Made by a program: the position numbers and the translations under genes. A DNA stretch of 64,000 bases from Moniliella sp. 'wahieum' (Eukaryota): assembly GCA_003971905.1 (NCBI GenBank), contig RSEE01000056.1, positions 62,001-126,000 on the forward strand, given 5' to 3'. Positions 1-12,340 of the stretch are shown here, one piece after another. The notes under the pieces are model-generated. The model worked only from the letters and a program-made list of their open reading frames with translations, ran no database searches and was not told where the DNA came from. Positions within the stretch are counted from its first letter, which is position 1. The number at the start of each line of letters is the position of its first letter.

Positions 1-1429
1 AATAAGGACCTGCGGTCAGCCGGTCAGCGCTCAGCGGGGTTGCGTTGACATGCGTGGACGCGGGCCCTGAATATTGAATCATCAATCAGTGAGCCAGCTT
101 ACTCGGACCAGTGTTCCGGACGATTCGGGGCAGACGCTTCTGAGTCCAATTCGACGTCCAGTGCTCACGCGCACAGGCTCGGAGGCTCGCATTCAGGGGA
201 GTGGCGAGGCCGACAGCGGCTCAACGCTCACCAAGCGTGAGCGCGCTTCACTTATAGTGGTAGTATTACATGAGCCGCAGTGGGGCAGGGTGCTGATGGC
301 TGATGATGATTGAGCTGTGGATCAACTTGGGCCATGCGCATGCTGCCTTTCGGTGGGACGCTAGACGCCATGGTCGGACATTGGACGCCTGGTGGTCGGG
401 GGTTAGGGGCATGGGGCATGGGGCATGGGCTGGGGCTGGGGCATGAGGCTGGGGCTGGGGCTCAGCAGGCAGCAGGCAGCAGACCCATTGGCCCAGCTAG
501 CCAAGACACCGAAGTGGAGTGGGCGCCACGGCACCTGCCTTGCCGCTCAGCCTGCGCGTAACCACATGTGACCATGTGAGGTGAGATGGGAGATCAGAGA
601 CTCAGATCTGCCTAGCTGGGTTCTGGGGATCGGATGTGTGATGCATGATGCATGATGCATGATGCCATGTCGATCCCAGCTTGGCAAGCGGCGCAATCGT
701 TAATCGGCACAGGCCTGGCACGGCGGCGCAGTGGTGCCGATCAGCCCTGTATCCTGATACATGATGCTGAGCCGATGATCGATGATCAATGATCGGGAGG
801 GAGTAAATGATTACTGATTGGCAATTCCATGCCACAGATCTCGCGCAGTGTTCGTAACTCTTGGCCTCGAAGATCTAAGAAAGAACTAACCTGCGCCTCA
901 GGCTGAGGCTCAGCCGTCAGCGTGTCAGGCCGAGGGCTCAGCCTGGGCAGACTGAGCGCACGTCGGCGGCAGCGTCAGGGAGCACTGGGCAATCAGTTAC
1001 TCCATACTCCGTACTCCATACTCACGCGTGATGTGTGACGTGTGACGGCTGACGCCGTGCAAGCCACAGTTTCGCCCCCACTGGCCGGCGGTGCGGCCGG
1101 CGGCGTTGGGTGGAGCGCCGGCCCCGGCTCGGGCAGGGGGGCATGCCTGCAAGTGCTGGGTCATCGAAAGGTCCGGCGCCACATTGCACTACACTGCTGC
1201 TGTGCCTGCCGAGTAATGGCCAGTCGGTCTAAGGTGGCCCCCTGCCCCGGTGGTGGTCCCGTGGTGGCCCAGTGGTGGCTCTGGGTGGACCATATACTCC
1301 CCTCCACACACCCACCGCACTCGGAAAGCCAACTCGCCTTCCCCCCTCCATCTCCTCCCCCCCTCCCTCTTCCTCTTTCTCCTTCTCCCCCCCTCCCCCC
1401 CCCCACGCTCTTTCACCTCCCTCGCCGCC

Positions 1430-3452
1430 ATGCCGCATCGCCGTCGCTCCAACCTGGCCGCCGCGTTCTGGCCGTGGCCACGCTCGGCCTCGCTGCCACC
1501 GCCGCCGCATCCATCAGCCCGCACGCGGCACAGCCACCTATCTCTCCCCGCTGGCATCTCTTCCAACGGCGCCAAGTTTGACGGCCAGACGTTTGACTAT
1601 GGTACGTCCCCATTTGTTTTTTGTTTTTACCGTGTGCCTCTTCGTGCCTCCCCCCGTCCCCGTCCCCTTTGGTGGCCCACTACCCCTGTCCTCCTCCTGC
1701 CTCCCCTCCTACGCTACTACGATACAGTCATTGTTGGTGGCGGTACGGCCGGCTGGTTCTGGCGAACCGTTGTCAGCGGATGAGTCCAACTCGGTTGCGG
1801 TGATTGAGGCGGGCGAAGCGGATCTGGAAGACGTCATTGACGACGCCGAATGCCATGCTGTACAACTCGTCTGTTGGTACATCGCGCGACTGGGCGTACA
1901 AGACGGTGGACCAGTCTGGTCTGGGAGGTCGGTCGGTGTCCTGGCCGCGGGGCAAGACGCTAGGTGGGTCCAGTGCGATCATGGGTTGTACCTGGTGCGC
2001 CACCGGCTCCGAGCAGGAAGCCTGGGCCAATTTGCTCCAACCAATGGGGACGAGGCACAGGACCTGTGGGGCTGGGACAATGTGCTGAAAGCAATGAAAA
2101 AGTCGGAAACTTTTACGCCAGGAAGAAGATTGAGGCGGAGATGCACCAAGGTGCCACGGGCGTAAACATACCCTTCTCCCTTACGACGCTTCTTCCCACG
2201 GCACGTCGGGCCCGATCCACCACTCGTGGCCTGGATGGAGTAATGCGTCTGTCGGTGCGTTCCTCCAGACCGCCCAGACAACCCTTGGCATCAACGTCAA
2301 TCACGACCCTTACAACGGTAACAATACCGGCCCCTTCCTTCTCTCAGCGCATCAATCCGAGTAACTGGACGCGCTCCTTTTCCCGCACGGGCTACCTCGA
2401 GCCCGTGGCACGGTCCAACTTGCATGTGCTTACGGGTCACCAGGCCACAAGATCCTATTTGACACCTCGGCGTCTACCCGCGTGCGACGGGGGTGCAGTT
2501 TGCCGAGTCGGCCGACGCCAAGGTACGCACCATGTCCGGGCGAAAGAGGTGATTGTAGCAGCTGGCGTGATTGGTTCGCCGCAACTAACTTCAGTTGTCG
2601 GGTGTGGCCGACAAGTCGGTACTGGACCCATTGAAGATTAAGCAGGTAGCCAACGTGCCTGGTGTCGGGTTTCCACTTGCAGGACACCTCAGTGGCGCAG
2701 TCACGTTCCCCCCCAAGGCGACTCGGTGGCCATGCCGGCCGACAAGGTGACGGGCGACGCTTGACCGAGGTTTGTCAATGGTGCGTGGCGTACACGCTCT
2801 GTCCAAGTTGATGAGTGTGGATCGGATCGTGGCAACATTACAGCCTCCACGGATGCCTGGGTGGACGCGTACGATGCGCCTGCCACAGTCAGGAGGGCTA
2901 CCGTGCCTCGCTGGACCAAATTGCCAATGTGTACAAACAAGATGTGCCGGCCGTGGAGATTCTCTGGTCGATTCCTGGGGCAACCTTAACGTGCAATGTG
3001 GACTGCAGCACCCTACGTCCCAAGGATCCGTCAAGATCAGCTCGACCAATGCGTTTGACCACCCTCATAGATCGACGCGGCCTACGTGAAGAATACGATT
3101 GACATGCAGATTCTGCGGCACGGGTGTCAGCTCGCCCGGACCATCGGTACCCTCGGCCCCGCTTGTGACTACACAGGTCCCGAAAATCACAGGGACCAAC
3201 GTCCAGTCCAGTGCGCAGTGGAACCAGTACATCAAGGCCAACTTTGGTACCGAGTACCACCCTAGTTCGTCCTGTGCCCAACTGCCGCTCAAGTACGGTG
3301 GAGTAGTGGACGAGCGACTGCGCGTGTACAATACCAAGGGATTGCGCGTGATTGATTCCTCTGTGCCCCCGCGTCCATGTCCCAGCACCGATGACCATCC
3401 CTATGGTCTCGCTGAGATCGGCGCCGAGCTCATCTTGGAGGACAACGAGTAA
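1430..3452 (+). CDS. GMC oxidoreductase (glucose oxidase/dehydrogenase-like), probably secreted; intron ~1602-1727; frameshifted
   Basis: Pieced across frames: hydrophobic N-terminus ([15 protein letters not shown]), [18 protein letters not shown]-binding motif, [93 protein letters not shown]; stop TAA at 3450-3452. Confidence 0.9.
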
Positions 3453-3940
3453 CTGTATGTAACTCGGTCATAGTGATTGCCATCACTGACTGCCTGTCCT
3501 CTCGCACCGCTCCCCCTTGTCCCTACTACACAACCTTCTTTCCTCACTTTTCACGATCTTTCTCCGTTTCTCCAAACGTGTACCCACTCAGGGACAATTT
3601 TAGTTTTTGCCACCTCCCTTCCATCCCCTTTGCCTTTCTCTTCTCTTTGCTTCGCTCCCTTTGCTTTCCTTCTTTTCTGCACGTCTCTGGCTCATCTCGT
3701 CGTCTTGGGCTTAGCGCTTACTTCCATCTGCGCCACTTCGGTGAGGGCTCTTCCTCACGAATCTGATTCTTCATCTTCATTGGAGTCGTCATGTGTTTAC
3801 CTTCTTGTGGTTAGCTATATTTATTCGCACATAAAACAATCTGGTGTGCCATGGAAGACACCACTGCAAAATGATTAATGATCGTTGGTGCATGGTACAG
3901 AAAGCGTAGTAGTGGAGACCGAGACACGGCCAAAAAAATC

Positions 3941-4037
3941 TGGTCAATATGAGGCTTGAACTCATGACCTTGGCATCACCAACACTTCCGAACGAAACGT
4001 ATTAGTACCACGCTCTGACCAACTGAGCTAATCGACC
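3941..4037 (-). tRNA. tRNA-Ile(AAT) with 23-nt intron
   Basis: Reverse complement folds: acceptor GGTCGAT/ATTGACC, D arm GCTC-AGTTGGTCA-GAGC, anticodon stem TGGTA/TGCCA with loop CT-AAT-A, intron after base 37, T arm ATGAG-TTCAAGC-CTCAT; T7 terminator follows (3932-3938). Confidence 0.93.
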
Positions 4038-4588
4038 TCGATACAGTAGGGAACGTGGCCAAAAAATCCGACAAGTGTTTTCCCACCACTGCTTTTGGAT
4101 ATATGTCTGGTTTGGCTCGCGGTCGACCGACTTGGAGGTCAAGAGCCCGCCAGATGAGAGATGATGGTCTTACACTGCTGAGACCAGCGAGCAGCTATGA
4201 CAGCAGTACTATGCCCGAGCAGTGAGAGGATCTACTCACCAGAGGGGACGCGCTTGGGCAAAAGGGGGTCTGACACGATACACTACGGCGTTGGAGTGTA
4301 CAATGGAACGAGCGCTCAGAAACAAAGAGCCCAGCGGGAGAAACAGATGAGCGCAGGAGGAGGATGCGAAAAGGAAGCAAGGATGCCGGGATGATGAAAA
4401 TCGTGCCGGTTTGGTATGTACTTGTATACTTGCAAGGGACACAGGCAGTACTCAGTACTCAGTGGCGGGGCAGCTTGCAGGCGAGGCAGAGGCAGCCCTC
4501 TGGTCTGAGATCTGAATATCTGAATCTGACCCTGGTCTGGATCTGAAATCCGACCGAGCATCCTGGGCGTTATGCCGCCGTCAGCGCA

Positions 4589-4665
4589 TCACGCGTCACA
4601 CGTCACGCGTCACACGTCACGCGTCAGCCGCGGCGCTCTGTGACGTGTGACGCATGTGACGTGTG
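4589..4665. repeat. Heptamer tandem repeat (TCACGCG/TCACACG)x5 followed by its inverse (TGTGACG)n
   Basis: Read directly: tcacgcgtcacacgtcacgcgtcacacgtcacgcgtca ... tgtgacgtgtgacgcatgtgacgtgtg. Confidence 0.85.
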
Positions 4666-5685
4666 CAAGTGACATGTGCCCCGCAGACACGCACCACAAC
4701 CCGATGCATGTGAGGGGAGCGACGAGCTCCGGCGATGGATGAGGTGCAACGCGTGACGTGTCATCGATCATCGTCATCCTCATGCATGTCATGCACCATG
4801 CACCACCAGGCAGCAGGCAGCAGGCAGCAGACAGGAGCGGTGGGTTTGGGCGCCGGTGCATGGTGCATGGTGCATCGTACAGGGTACGTGCAGCATGCAG
4901 GCTGGCCAGTGCGCAACCCCGACGGCACAAGCGCGCAGCGATACTCGCTACGGGGCGCCGTGCCCACCGCCGCACCAGGCAGTACTGCGATCTCCTGGCG
5001 GCGGGTGCCGCACGGCGCAGGCCACACGGTACGCGCACTGCCGCCCCGCTGGAGCACGCCGGACGATCAGATCGATCAGCACCAGCACGGCAAGGCGTCA
5101 TCATCATGCAATGCGTTATGCGTCGCGTGTCACGCTTCCCTCGTCGGGGCGCGCGGCAGGGGGCCAGTGCGGCGCAGGGGCGTGCGGGGCACAGAGCCAC
5201 AGGCCAAGCTAGCGCACAAAGGCGTAGCGCTAAGGGCTAAGTAGGCGTAGCGTAGCGTAGCGCGTACCTTACCGGAACCGCAGCTGGGCACGCCCTGGGT
5301 GCACTTGCGCCAGTGCCTAGTGGGCAGGAGCGCACGCGTGCCATTGGCCATCGACCATCGGAGATGGGGCGGTGGAACGGCGCGGGAGCGGTGTGGGCCG
5401 TCGGAGCTTGCTGGTCAGCCTCAGGCGTTCAGGCGTTCAGGCCCTCAGGCCCTCAGGCTCCGGCTAAGACTGCGTGCTCGTCACGTGGCCTGTCCACGCC
5501 CCACTCTCACCCGCTCTTCTCCCATCTGTCTACCCGCCTTGCCCCTGCCCGCCTCCCTTGCCCACCACCACCACCACCACCTTCACCACCACCACTACCT
5601 GCACGCACCACCACCACCTGCCCCACCACCTGTACGCCACCTGCCGCCCTGCACGCCCATCACCGCCATCTTCTCCTGCCCCACA

Positions 5686-7844
5686 ATGCCCGCATCCCCC
5701 CCTGCACCAGCCCCGCCCGGCAGCCCACCGCCCGCGCTCACCTACCTGTCTCCCCTGCCCTCGCCCGTGCCTCCGGCCAGCCCATATGCCCTGCCGTTGC
5801 ACATGGCCTATGTGCCGTGGGTCGCCCCCGTGGCCGTGTCCCCAGCGCTGCCCCACCCTGCCCCGCTTCTCGCCCCGTCAGTTGCCCCACCACCACCGTC
5901 AAGGACAGTGTATGTGGGCAATCTGCCAGCCGATGCGGCGGCAGATGAGACTGTTGAGTCTTGTTCGCCACGGGCCGCTTGACCACGTGCGGATCCTGCC
6001 AGCGAAGCAGGCTGCGTTTTATCGTTTCTGGACCCTATGACCGCAGCTGCGTTCCATGCCGACGCGGTGTTGCCCGCCCGCTCTCGCTGCATGGCCATCG
6101 GCTCAAGATTGGTTGGGGCAAGCCCACTGCCGTATCGGGTACCGTTGCATCGGCCGTGCTGAGCCGAGGAGCGAGCCGCAACGTGTACCTTGGCAACTTA
6201 CCTTCTGACCTGGTCCAGAGCGCGACGGCCGAACAAGATCTCTGCACGATGCTTGGTACCTATGGTCCGATCGACCAGGTCAAGATCGTTCCCGATCGCC
6301 GTATTGCCTTTGTCCACTTTCTTTCCATTGCTACCGCACTCAAAGTCGTCGCTGCTCTCTCTGCTGACCCAGCTTGGAGCCAGCAAAAAATCAATTTCGG
6401 TAAGGATAGGTGCGCTTACGTCCCCGCGCTCAACAGGAAAACCAAGCCCACAACCACCGTTCAGCCCTGGCCGCTGCGGTCCAAGTCGGGTCTTGTTGGT
6501 CCTTCCTGTACCCTTGTCCTTGCCCTCACCGGCACCTGCACCTGCATCTGTACCTGCACCCCCATCTGCATCTGCATCTGCATCCATCTGCATCTGTCCC
6601 TGCATCTGCACCAGCATCTGTCCCTGCATATCTACCTGCACCTACGCCTGAGCGGGAACCCCAACAGGGAGTACGCCAATATGGGGCAGATGGGCAACCG
6701 GACCATCTACCTTGGCAACATCCATCCACCACGACGACCGAAGAGCTGTGCAACCACATTCGGGGGGCATTCTGCAGTCGATCAAGTACATTCGGGAGAA
6801 ACATTGCGTTTGTGACGTTTGTCGAAGCGATGCAGCGTATGCGTTTTGGACGGCAGCGAATGCGCCTGCGATGCCGGCTTTAGCACGGACCACTACCACG
6901 GGCGGAGGCGGGGTCGGGGCTGCAGGTATCGCCGGTGCAGGTAGAGGCATTATCATTCGTTCTCGAAGGATCAAAGTCGGTTGGGGTCGTCATTCTGGCC
7001 CCTCTCCCCGGCTGTTGCTATGACGGTCCAAGCGGGCGGATCAAGGAATGTCTACGTGGGCAATATCCAGGACCCACACCAGCTCACCGAGGACCAACTT
7101 CGTGCTGACTTTGCTCATTTTGGCGAGTTTGAACAGATAATCGTCTGCCTGAAAAAAATTGCGTACGTCCCTGCGTCCCCCTTTCCCTTTCCCATCCTGT
7201 ATCTCCCCTCAGACCTCACTTGGTGCCTTGACCTGGACCCTTGTTCGGACAAAGACTAGCCGAGCATGAACTAACCAAGCGCTCTGCCTACGCTCCACAT
7301 CCGCATCCGCATCCACCTCCGCATGCACATCGATATCTGCGCGCCCCACGCCCAACCGCACGCACAGGCATTTATCAACTTCTGTTCGATCCAAACCGCG
7401 ATGCGGGCCGTGAACGAAATCAAGGCATGCGAGGCGTATGCTGACCTTCGGATCGCCTATGGCAAAGACCGGTGTGGTAACGCCCCACGCACACCACGAT
7501 TCACATTCACCCTGTTGTCCCAAGTACCAACCGGGACCGCGAGCGCGAGGAGGAGGGGGAGGGGAGCACCGAGGCCGGAGCGGCAGGGGGAGCGGCGGGG
7601 GAGGGGGAGTGCGTTGCTGCACTGCCGTCTTTCCCCGATCCCAATCCCGATCCTCAGTCCAAGTCCAAGCCCGAACCCAAGCCCAAGTCTACACCCACAC
7701 CCGACCTCCTCGCTGCTCCTTCGCTCCCGCCAGGCTGGAGATGGAACCTGGCCGTACCGCCGCGCCAGCTGTCCCGCTGCCGTAGTACCTAGTACCCCAG
7801 ACTGCGAATCACGAGAAATTTGCTTTGCTTCGTGCACCCCATGA
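5686..7844 (+). CDS. Multi-RRM RNA-binding protein, Nrd1(Msa2)/Mrn1 family; intron ~7163-7367; frameshifted; 3' end uncertain
   Basis: Four RRM starts (SRTVYVGNLP, ASRNVYLGNLP, GNRTIYLGNIHP, GSRNVYVGNI) with alternating LKIGWGK / INFGKDRC / IKVGWGR / IAYGKDRCG ends, the pattern of this family. Confidence 0.85.
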
Positions 7845-7916
7845 CTTGAGGCTGGTTTTGAACTCGAAGTCCTGGCACTGGGTCTGGGTCTGGATCTGGG
7901 TCTGGATCTGGGTCTG

Positions 7917-8762
7917 TGTCACGGACGGGCGCCGCAGGGGGCCCGCCCTGGGGTTTTGGGGTACAATCCCTTAGGCGACGGTAGGTCGACTCACGGTAGT
8001 TTCGGGCTTAGGCTGGTTGGTGCGTCCGAGCGGAGCTAGGGACGAGGAGAGGCCTTTGGTGGGGCGGCTGCACGTGTGGCAAGGCTGCGTCTGCACCGGC
8101 TTGGGCCGTAGTAACGTGTCTGAAGCCTCCGGGACTTAGGGACGGGAGGAGGCAGAGGGGGACAAACACTGCCTCAACAGAGACTGGGAATCGCCGCGAC
8201 CAGAGGAGGGCTCGCGCGATTGGACTGACGAAGGGCTGGAGGACGAGGTCGGAGAGAAGTCGGACGCTAACAAGAGAAGCTGCCTGTACTGGATAAATTG
8301 GCTGGAAACGGGCAGGAGTCGGACAGGATAGACGGGAAGGCGAGAGGATGACGAGAAAGGCGAGAAGGACGAGAATGGAAGGTGGGGAAAAGATCCCCAT
8401 CAACCAGGGGTACAGGCAGGATCAAAAGGGAAACGGATACAAGAGGGGGTGTAGAAAGGAAGACATGTCAAAAGCGGGGTTGGTCGCCGCAGGCGCGACC
8501 GAGAAGGAAAAGGAAACGGGGACGAGGCGGCAGACGCCGCCACGGCATTGGAAGCTCGGTGGCCTTATTTAGGCCGGCCGACTTGGACTTGGGCGGTGGG
8601 CGACTATTGTCGCGCGGAGCATGGCCCTTGTGCCACCGCACAGGGTACAACCAACCATCATCATACTTGGTTGGCCTGCGGAGCACGCTCTACTGGGCAT
8701 GTGCGGAGCCGGCGGGCCTTAGCTTCGGTCGGACCATCTCGTGTCCGCCGCAGCCCGTGACA
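7917..8762 (+). mobile_element. Solo LTR of a retrotransposon (846 bp), copy 1
   Basis: Termini TGTCACGG...CCGTGACA (8-bp inverted repeat, TG...CA); GTCTG on both flanks (7912-7916, 8763-8767); homologous to three other segments in the window; strand assignment is arbitrary. Confidence 0.85.
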
Positions 8763-9168
8763 GTCTGGGTCTGGGGCTTGCACTTGGTACAGCGCCGTAT
8801 AGTGGGGAGTAGGCGCGCGGTATATAATAGCGTGCTTGTTAGTCTAGTTGTCCTACCCCGCTTTTTCTCTAGGTGCGCACGTTGCTCGACCCAGTTAACG
8901 GTTCCCATGCATGGACGCATGTTGGTGGCGGGTCGTACATGGTTTCGATGTATGTAGATGGTGGCTCGTCTTCTGTCTTGGCAGTGCGGTCGGCCGTGGC
9001 GTCCCGTCGGATGGGACTGTATGTTTAGTACTACTAATAGTTCATCATGGCCTCTGTGGCGCACATCTACTGTCCCTTGGACTTGGCGCCCACATGGCTG
9101 GAGGAAACTGCGATGCAAGAGACAAGAGACCAGAGACCAGAGTTGATCCTTGGAAAGTCCAAAAAAAT

Positions 9169-9254
9169 TGGACGAATAGGGAATCGAACCCCAGACCTCA
9201 CACAGGAGCAATTATGATGCGAAGCGTGCGCTCTACCAACTGAGCTATCCGCCC
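9169..9254 (-). tRNA. tRNA-Ala(CGC) with 13-nt intron
   Basis: Reverse complement: acceptor GGGCGGA/TTCGTCC with the G3:U70 alanine identity pair, GCTC-AGTTGGTA-GAGC, stem CACGC/GTGTG, loop TT-CGC-A, T arm TGGGG-TTCGATT-CCCTA; T7 terminator follows. Confidence 0.93.
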
Positions 9255-10143
9255 GATAGTCAACATGGGAGTGCTCTTCAATGTCGCTTGAACACGGAGT
9301 ATCATTTACAAGTGGAGCTGAGCACATGCCCGAATAGACTGTGAGACCTGGGGCGGCGCCACACTTACTATTAGTAGGACATGGTGCTGCTACAGCGTGT
9401 GAGGCAAGGAACATGCCAGGGACAGGAGAGGATGGGCAAGGTCTGCATGTGGGTGAGGTGTGTGTGCCTGCTGTCCGTTGAGCGTCGAAAGATGGGGTGG
9501 CACATCAACTCCTTCTTCCCGAGGTGTGCCATGCTGATGCCAGCGGCACACATATATATGCCACAGCATGCGCCGCGCCATTCACGTCGGGTGTACTGGG
9601 TGCGTGCGCGCTGTGCAGACGGCAGGCTGTGATGGGGTTGCCTGTGCCGCAATCTGGCCGGGAGGCTAGCATGCATGCGCGCACACGCCAACGCTTTGTT
9701 TGTTTGTGCGGCTGCATTGCATCTGCACGCCAAGCACACAAGCAACACGCAGCACGCATCATCTGCTGCATGTACACTGCCCACTGCCCACCGCGCATCG
9801 CCCACTGTGCATCGCCCACCGCCCACGCCAGACGCAGGCTGTGCAGCGCACCACACCCACCCCCCGCAGCACCCATCATTGCACCCGCCACAGCCGCCTC
9901 CTGCTGGCCGCATCCACACATGCTGTCTCCCGTGCAGCCGCCCAGCGCTCTTTTCTTGGCATGCGTCTGCTGCACGCCTGCAGCATCCCCTTGCCACCGC
10001 ACCTCTGTTCTGCCCCCCCCCCCACCACCACCACCACCCCCCTCCTCCTCCTCTTTGCCCCACCACCCCCTTCTCGTCTAGCCCGCCAGCATGCCTCCCC
10101 ATCCTCTGTGCGGCCACTGCCACTGCCAGCACCCGGGTGGGGC

Positions 10144-11337
10144 ATGCGCCTCGTCCACCTCCTCGTCCCCTCTCTCCCCCCCGACCATCCCTTCACCAGC
10201 ATCGACCTTGCCCCCGCCCAGATCAGCTACCCCATCTACTTCCTCCACCGCCCCTCCCTACTACCTGGGTCAGCGACCGGTACATGTCCCTCATCCTGCC
10301 CGTCTTTATGTACTGGACCATGGCACTGGGCTACCTGTTTCTCGAATGGGTGCGTATCCCTTTTTTGAAAAATACCGCTTGCGCGACGCGCAAGAAGCCT
10401 CGGTGCGCAACCGCGTCAGCTGACCGTCGCAGCGCGCGCCGTGCTGCTCCAACAGGCCGTTCAGACCCTGGTTGGTGTCCTGGCTCTCGAGCCGGCCTCG
10501 GTCGGCACAGGACAGGTCTTTCGCGATCACGCGGCTCATATCCGTGCTGTTGGCCTGGGCAGGCTAGCATCGTTGCTCGTGTGCTTGGTACCCGCTTGGG
10601 CACCCTCTCCTCAACTGTTGGTTCCGCCCTGGCCCAATTCATTTACTGGTGGGTTGTGCCCGTGCTGCATCTGTTCTATGCATTGTACGTTTCAGCCGTC
10701 ACCTCTTCCCCCACCCATCCCTGATACTACGCATCATAATCGCTGCGGACAGAGCGCCTCTTCTAACTTATATACTTTCGCGGATCTATAATAGCTTTCT
10801 GTTGGACACATATCAGTACTGGATGCACCGCTTGTTTCACGAAAACCGGTTCCTGTACCGCCACGTGCACTCATACCACCAAACTCATTGTCACGCACGC
10901 GGTCGGGGCGATCTAAACCATTGGTTTGAAGGTCTGGCGATGGATACGCTTTCGGCCTTGACGACGTACCTTTTAGGCCGGTTGACGGTACGACAAGCGA
11001 TCTTTGTATTTACCTTGTCGACGTGCAAGACGGTAAATGACCATGGAGGATATGATTTCCCCTTTTGGATCTCACCGTCAACTGTCTCTGGCCCAACACG
11101 ATCGACTACCATGACGCCCACCACCAACCACAGGGCTTCCGACACAATTTTTCCCAGCCTTACTTTGTGCATTGGGACCAACTAGCCGGCACACGCATGA
11201 GCCCCGACCAAATGGCCAAGATGCAAGCGTTTGACCGACAGGCCAAGTGGAAAAAACGTTTGCCTGGCTCTACGGCCCACCAGGCCAACCATCAGGCCAC
11301 AGCCAAGCCCAACGCCAACGCCAACCAAGACCAATAA
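10144..11337 (+). CDS. SUR2: Sphinganine C4-hydroxylase / fatty acid hydroxylase family; intron ~10685-10794; frameshifted
   Basis: RPSLLP..SDRYMSLILPVFMYW, FFEKYRL..RNRVS, LLDTYQYWMHRLFHENRFLYRHVHSYH, FTLSTCKTVNDHGGYDFP, YHDAHHQPQGFRHNFSQPYFVHWD (His boxes and Sur2-type C-terminus). Confidence 0.85.
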
Positions 11338-11973
11338 GGCCACAGCCAAAGCCACAGCCACAGTTGGCGTACAGGCTGACACGTGCCCCCCGCCCGCCGC
11401 GCACTCGCACCCGTACCCGCACCCGCTGGCTCAGCCTTCTGTACATCAACTCCCCCTGGTGCTGGCGTCAGGACTGCGCGAGTTGCGCCTGCCCGCGGAC
11501 AATGCGCGAATGAGGAAGCACCAGTCTATGCCTGCGTCGTGCGCGGGTTAGTTGGGCCACTGTCTTGGCTGACCAGGAGATGTGATGCAATGCAGTCTCC
11601 GTTGATGATCGTTGCACGTTGATCGTGGATCGTCGATCGTGGATCGTGCCACCGTCCCAGCCATCATATACTTCTCCGTTTTTTTTTTTCTTCGTCCCAC
11701 TCACTTGGTCGTACAACCACACCAGAAAACCCATATATGGCACAATAACAAAACAATCCCAACCGTGCTACTACTGCTTCGCTGTCCTACGGTCTTCCTA
11801 TTCTACTTGAGTCTTTCCATCGCGCGTGCACATGCTGTGCCCCAGCGAGCGCACGTGTCCTTCCTCCCTCCAGTGGACACTTCACCTCTTCTCCAGCGAT
11901 TTTTCCAATTTGTCCAGCCCTCAATCACGTGGTATCCTACCAGACCCAACCTCTGTCTCGTCAGTCTCTTTCC

Positions 11974-12340
11974 TGTTCGTTCCAAGTAAAAAAAAAGATC
12001 CAGGTGCTCCTGTTCGTACAAACCGTCCGCGCGCTTTGTGTTCGTACAAACGCTCCAGGCTCTTGCTGTTCGTACAAAAGGTCTATATAGGCTCTCCTCT
12101 CGTCCTGCCTATGTCTGCCTCCCAACCCAGAGTCTCCTTTGTCCTGCGTATGTCTGTCTCCCGACCCACCCTAGGTATGCGCTATAGGTCTACCTCCCCC
12201 CCCCCCCCTTCCCCCCCTCCTCACCTGACCTCACCTCTCCCTCCGACCCAGACGGCACACATTCTTTTCAAACGCTAGGTCTACCTTCGTTAATAGCCTT
12301 GCCGTCCTCTCTACCTTCGTTAGCAGCCTTGCCACGCGCT
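11974..12340. repeat. Cluster of short direct repeats
   Basis: TGTTCGTACAAA at 12011, 12039 and 12067 (28-bp period) plus a variant at 11974; ~28-bp duplication GTCCTGCCTATGTCTGCCTCCCAACCC near 12102 and 12141; 30-bp tandem duplication CTACCTTCGTTAATAGCCTTGCC near 12281 and 12311. Confidence 0.8.

Noticed and set aside
4610..5685. Long overlapping ORFs in GC-rich promoter regions (also 18600-19550 and 42250-43030)
   Set aside because: Low-complexity translations with no recognisable domain; stop-poor because of high GC
12011..12078. CRISPR-like array
   Set aside because: 12-bp repeats and 16-bp spacers are too short, only three units, eukaryotic context, no cas genes
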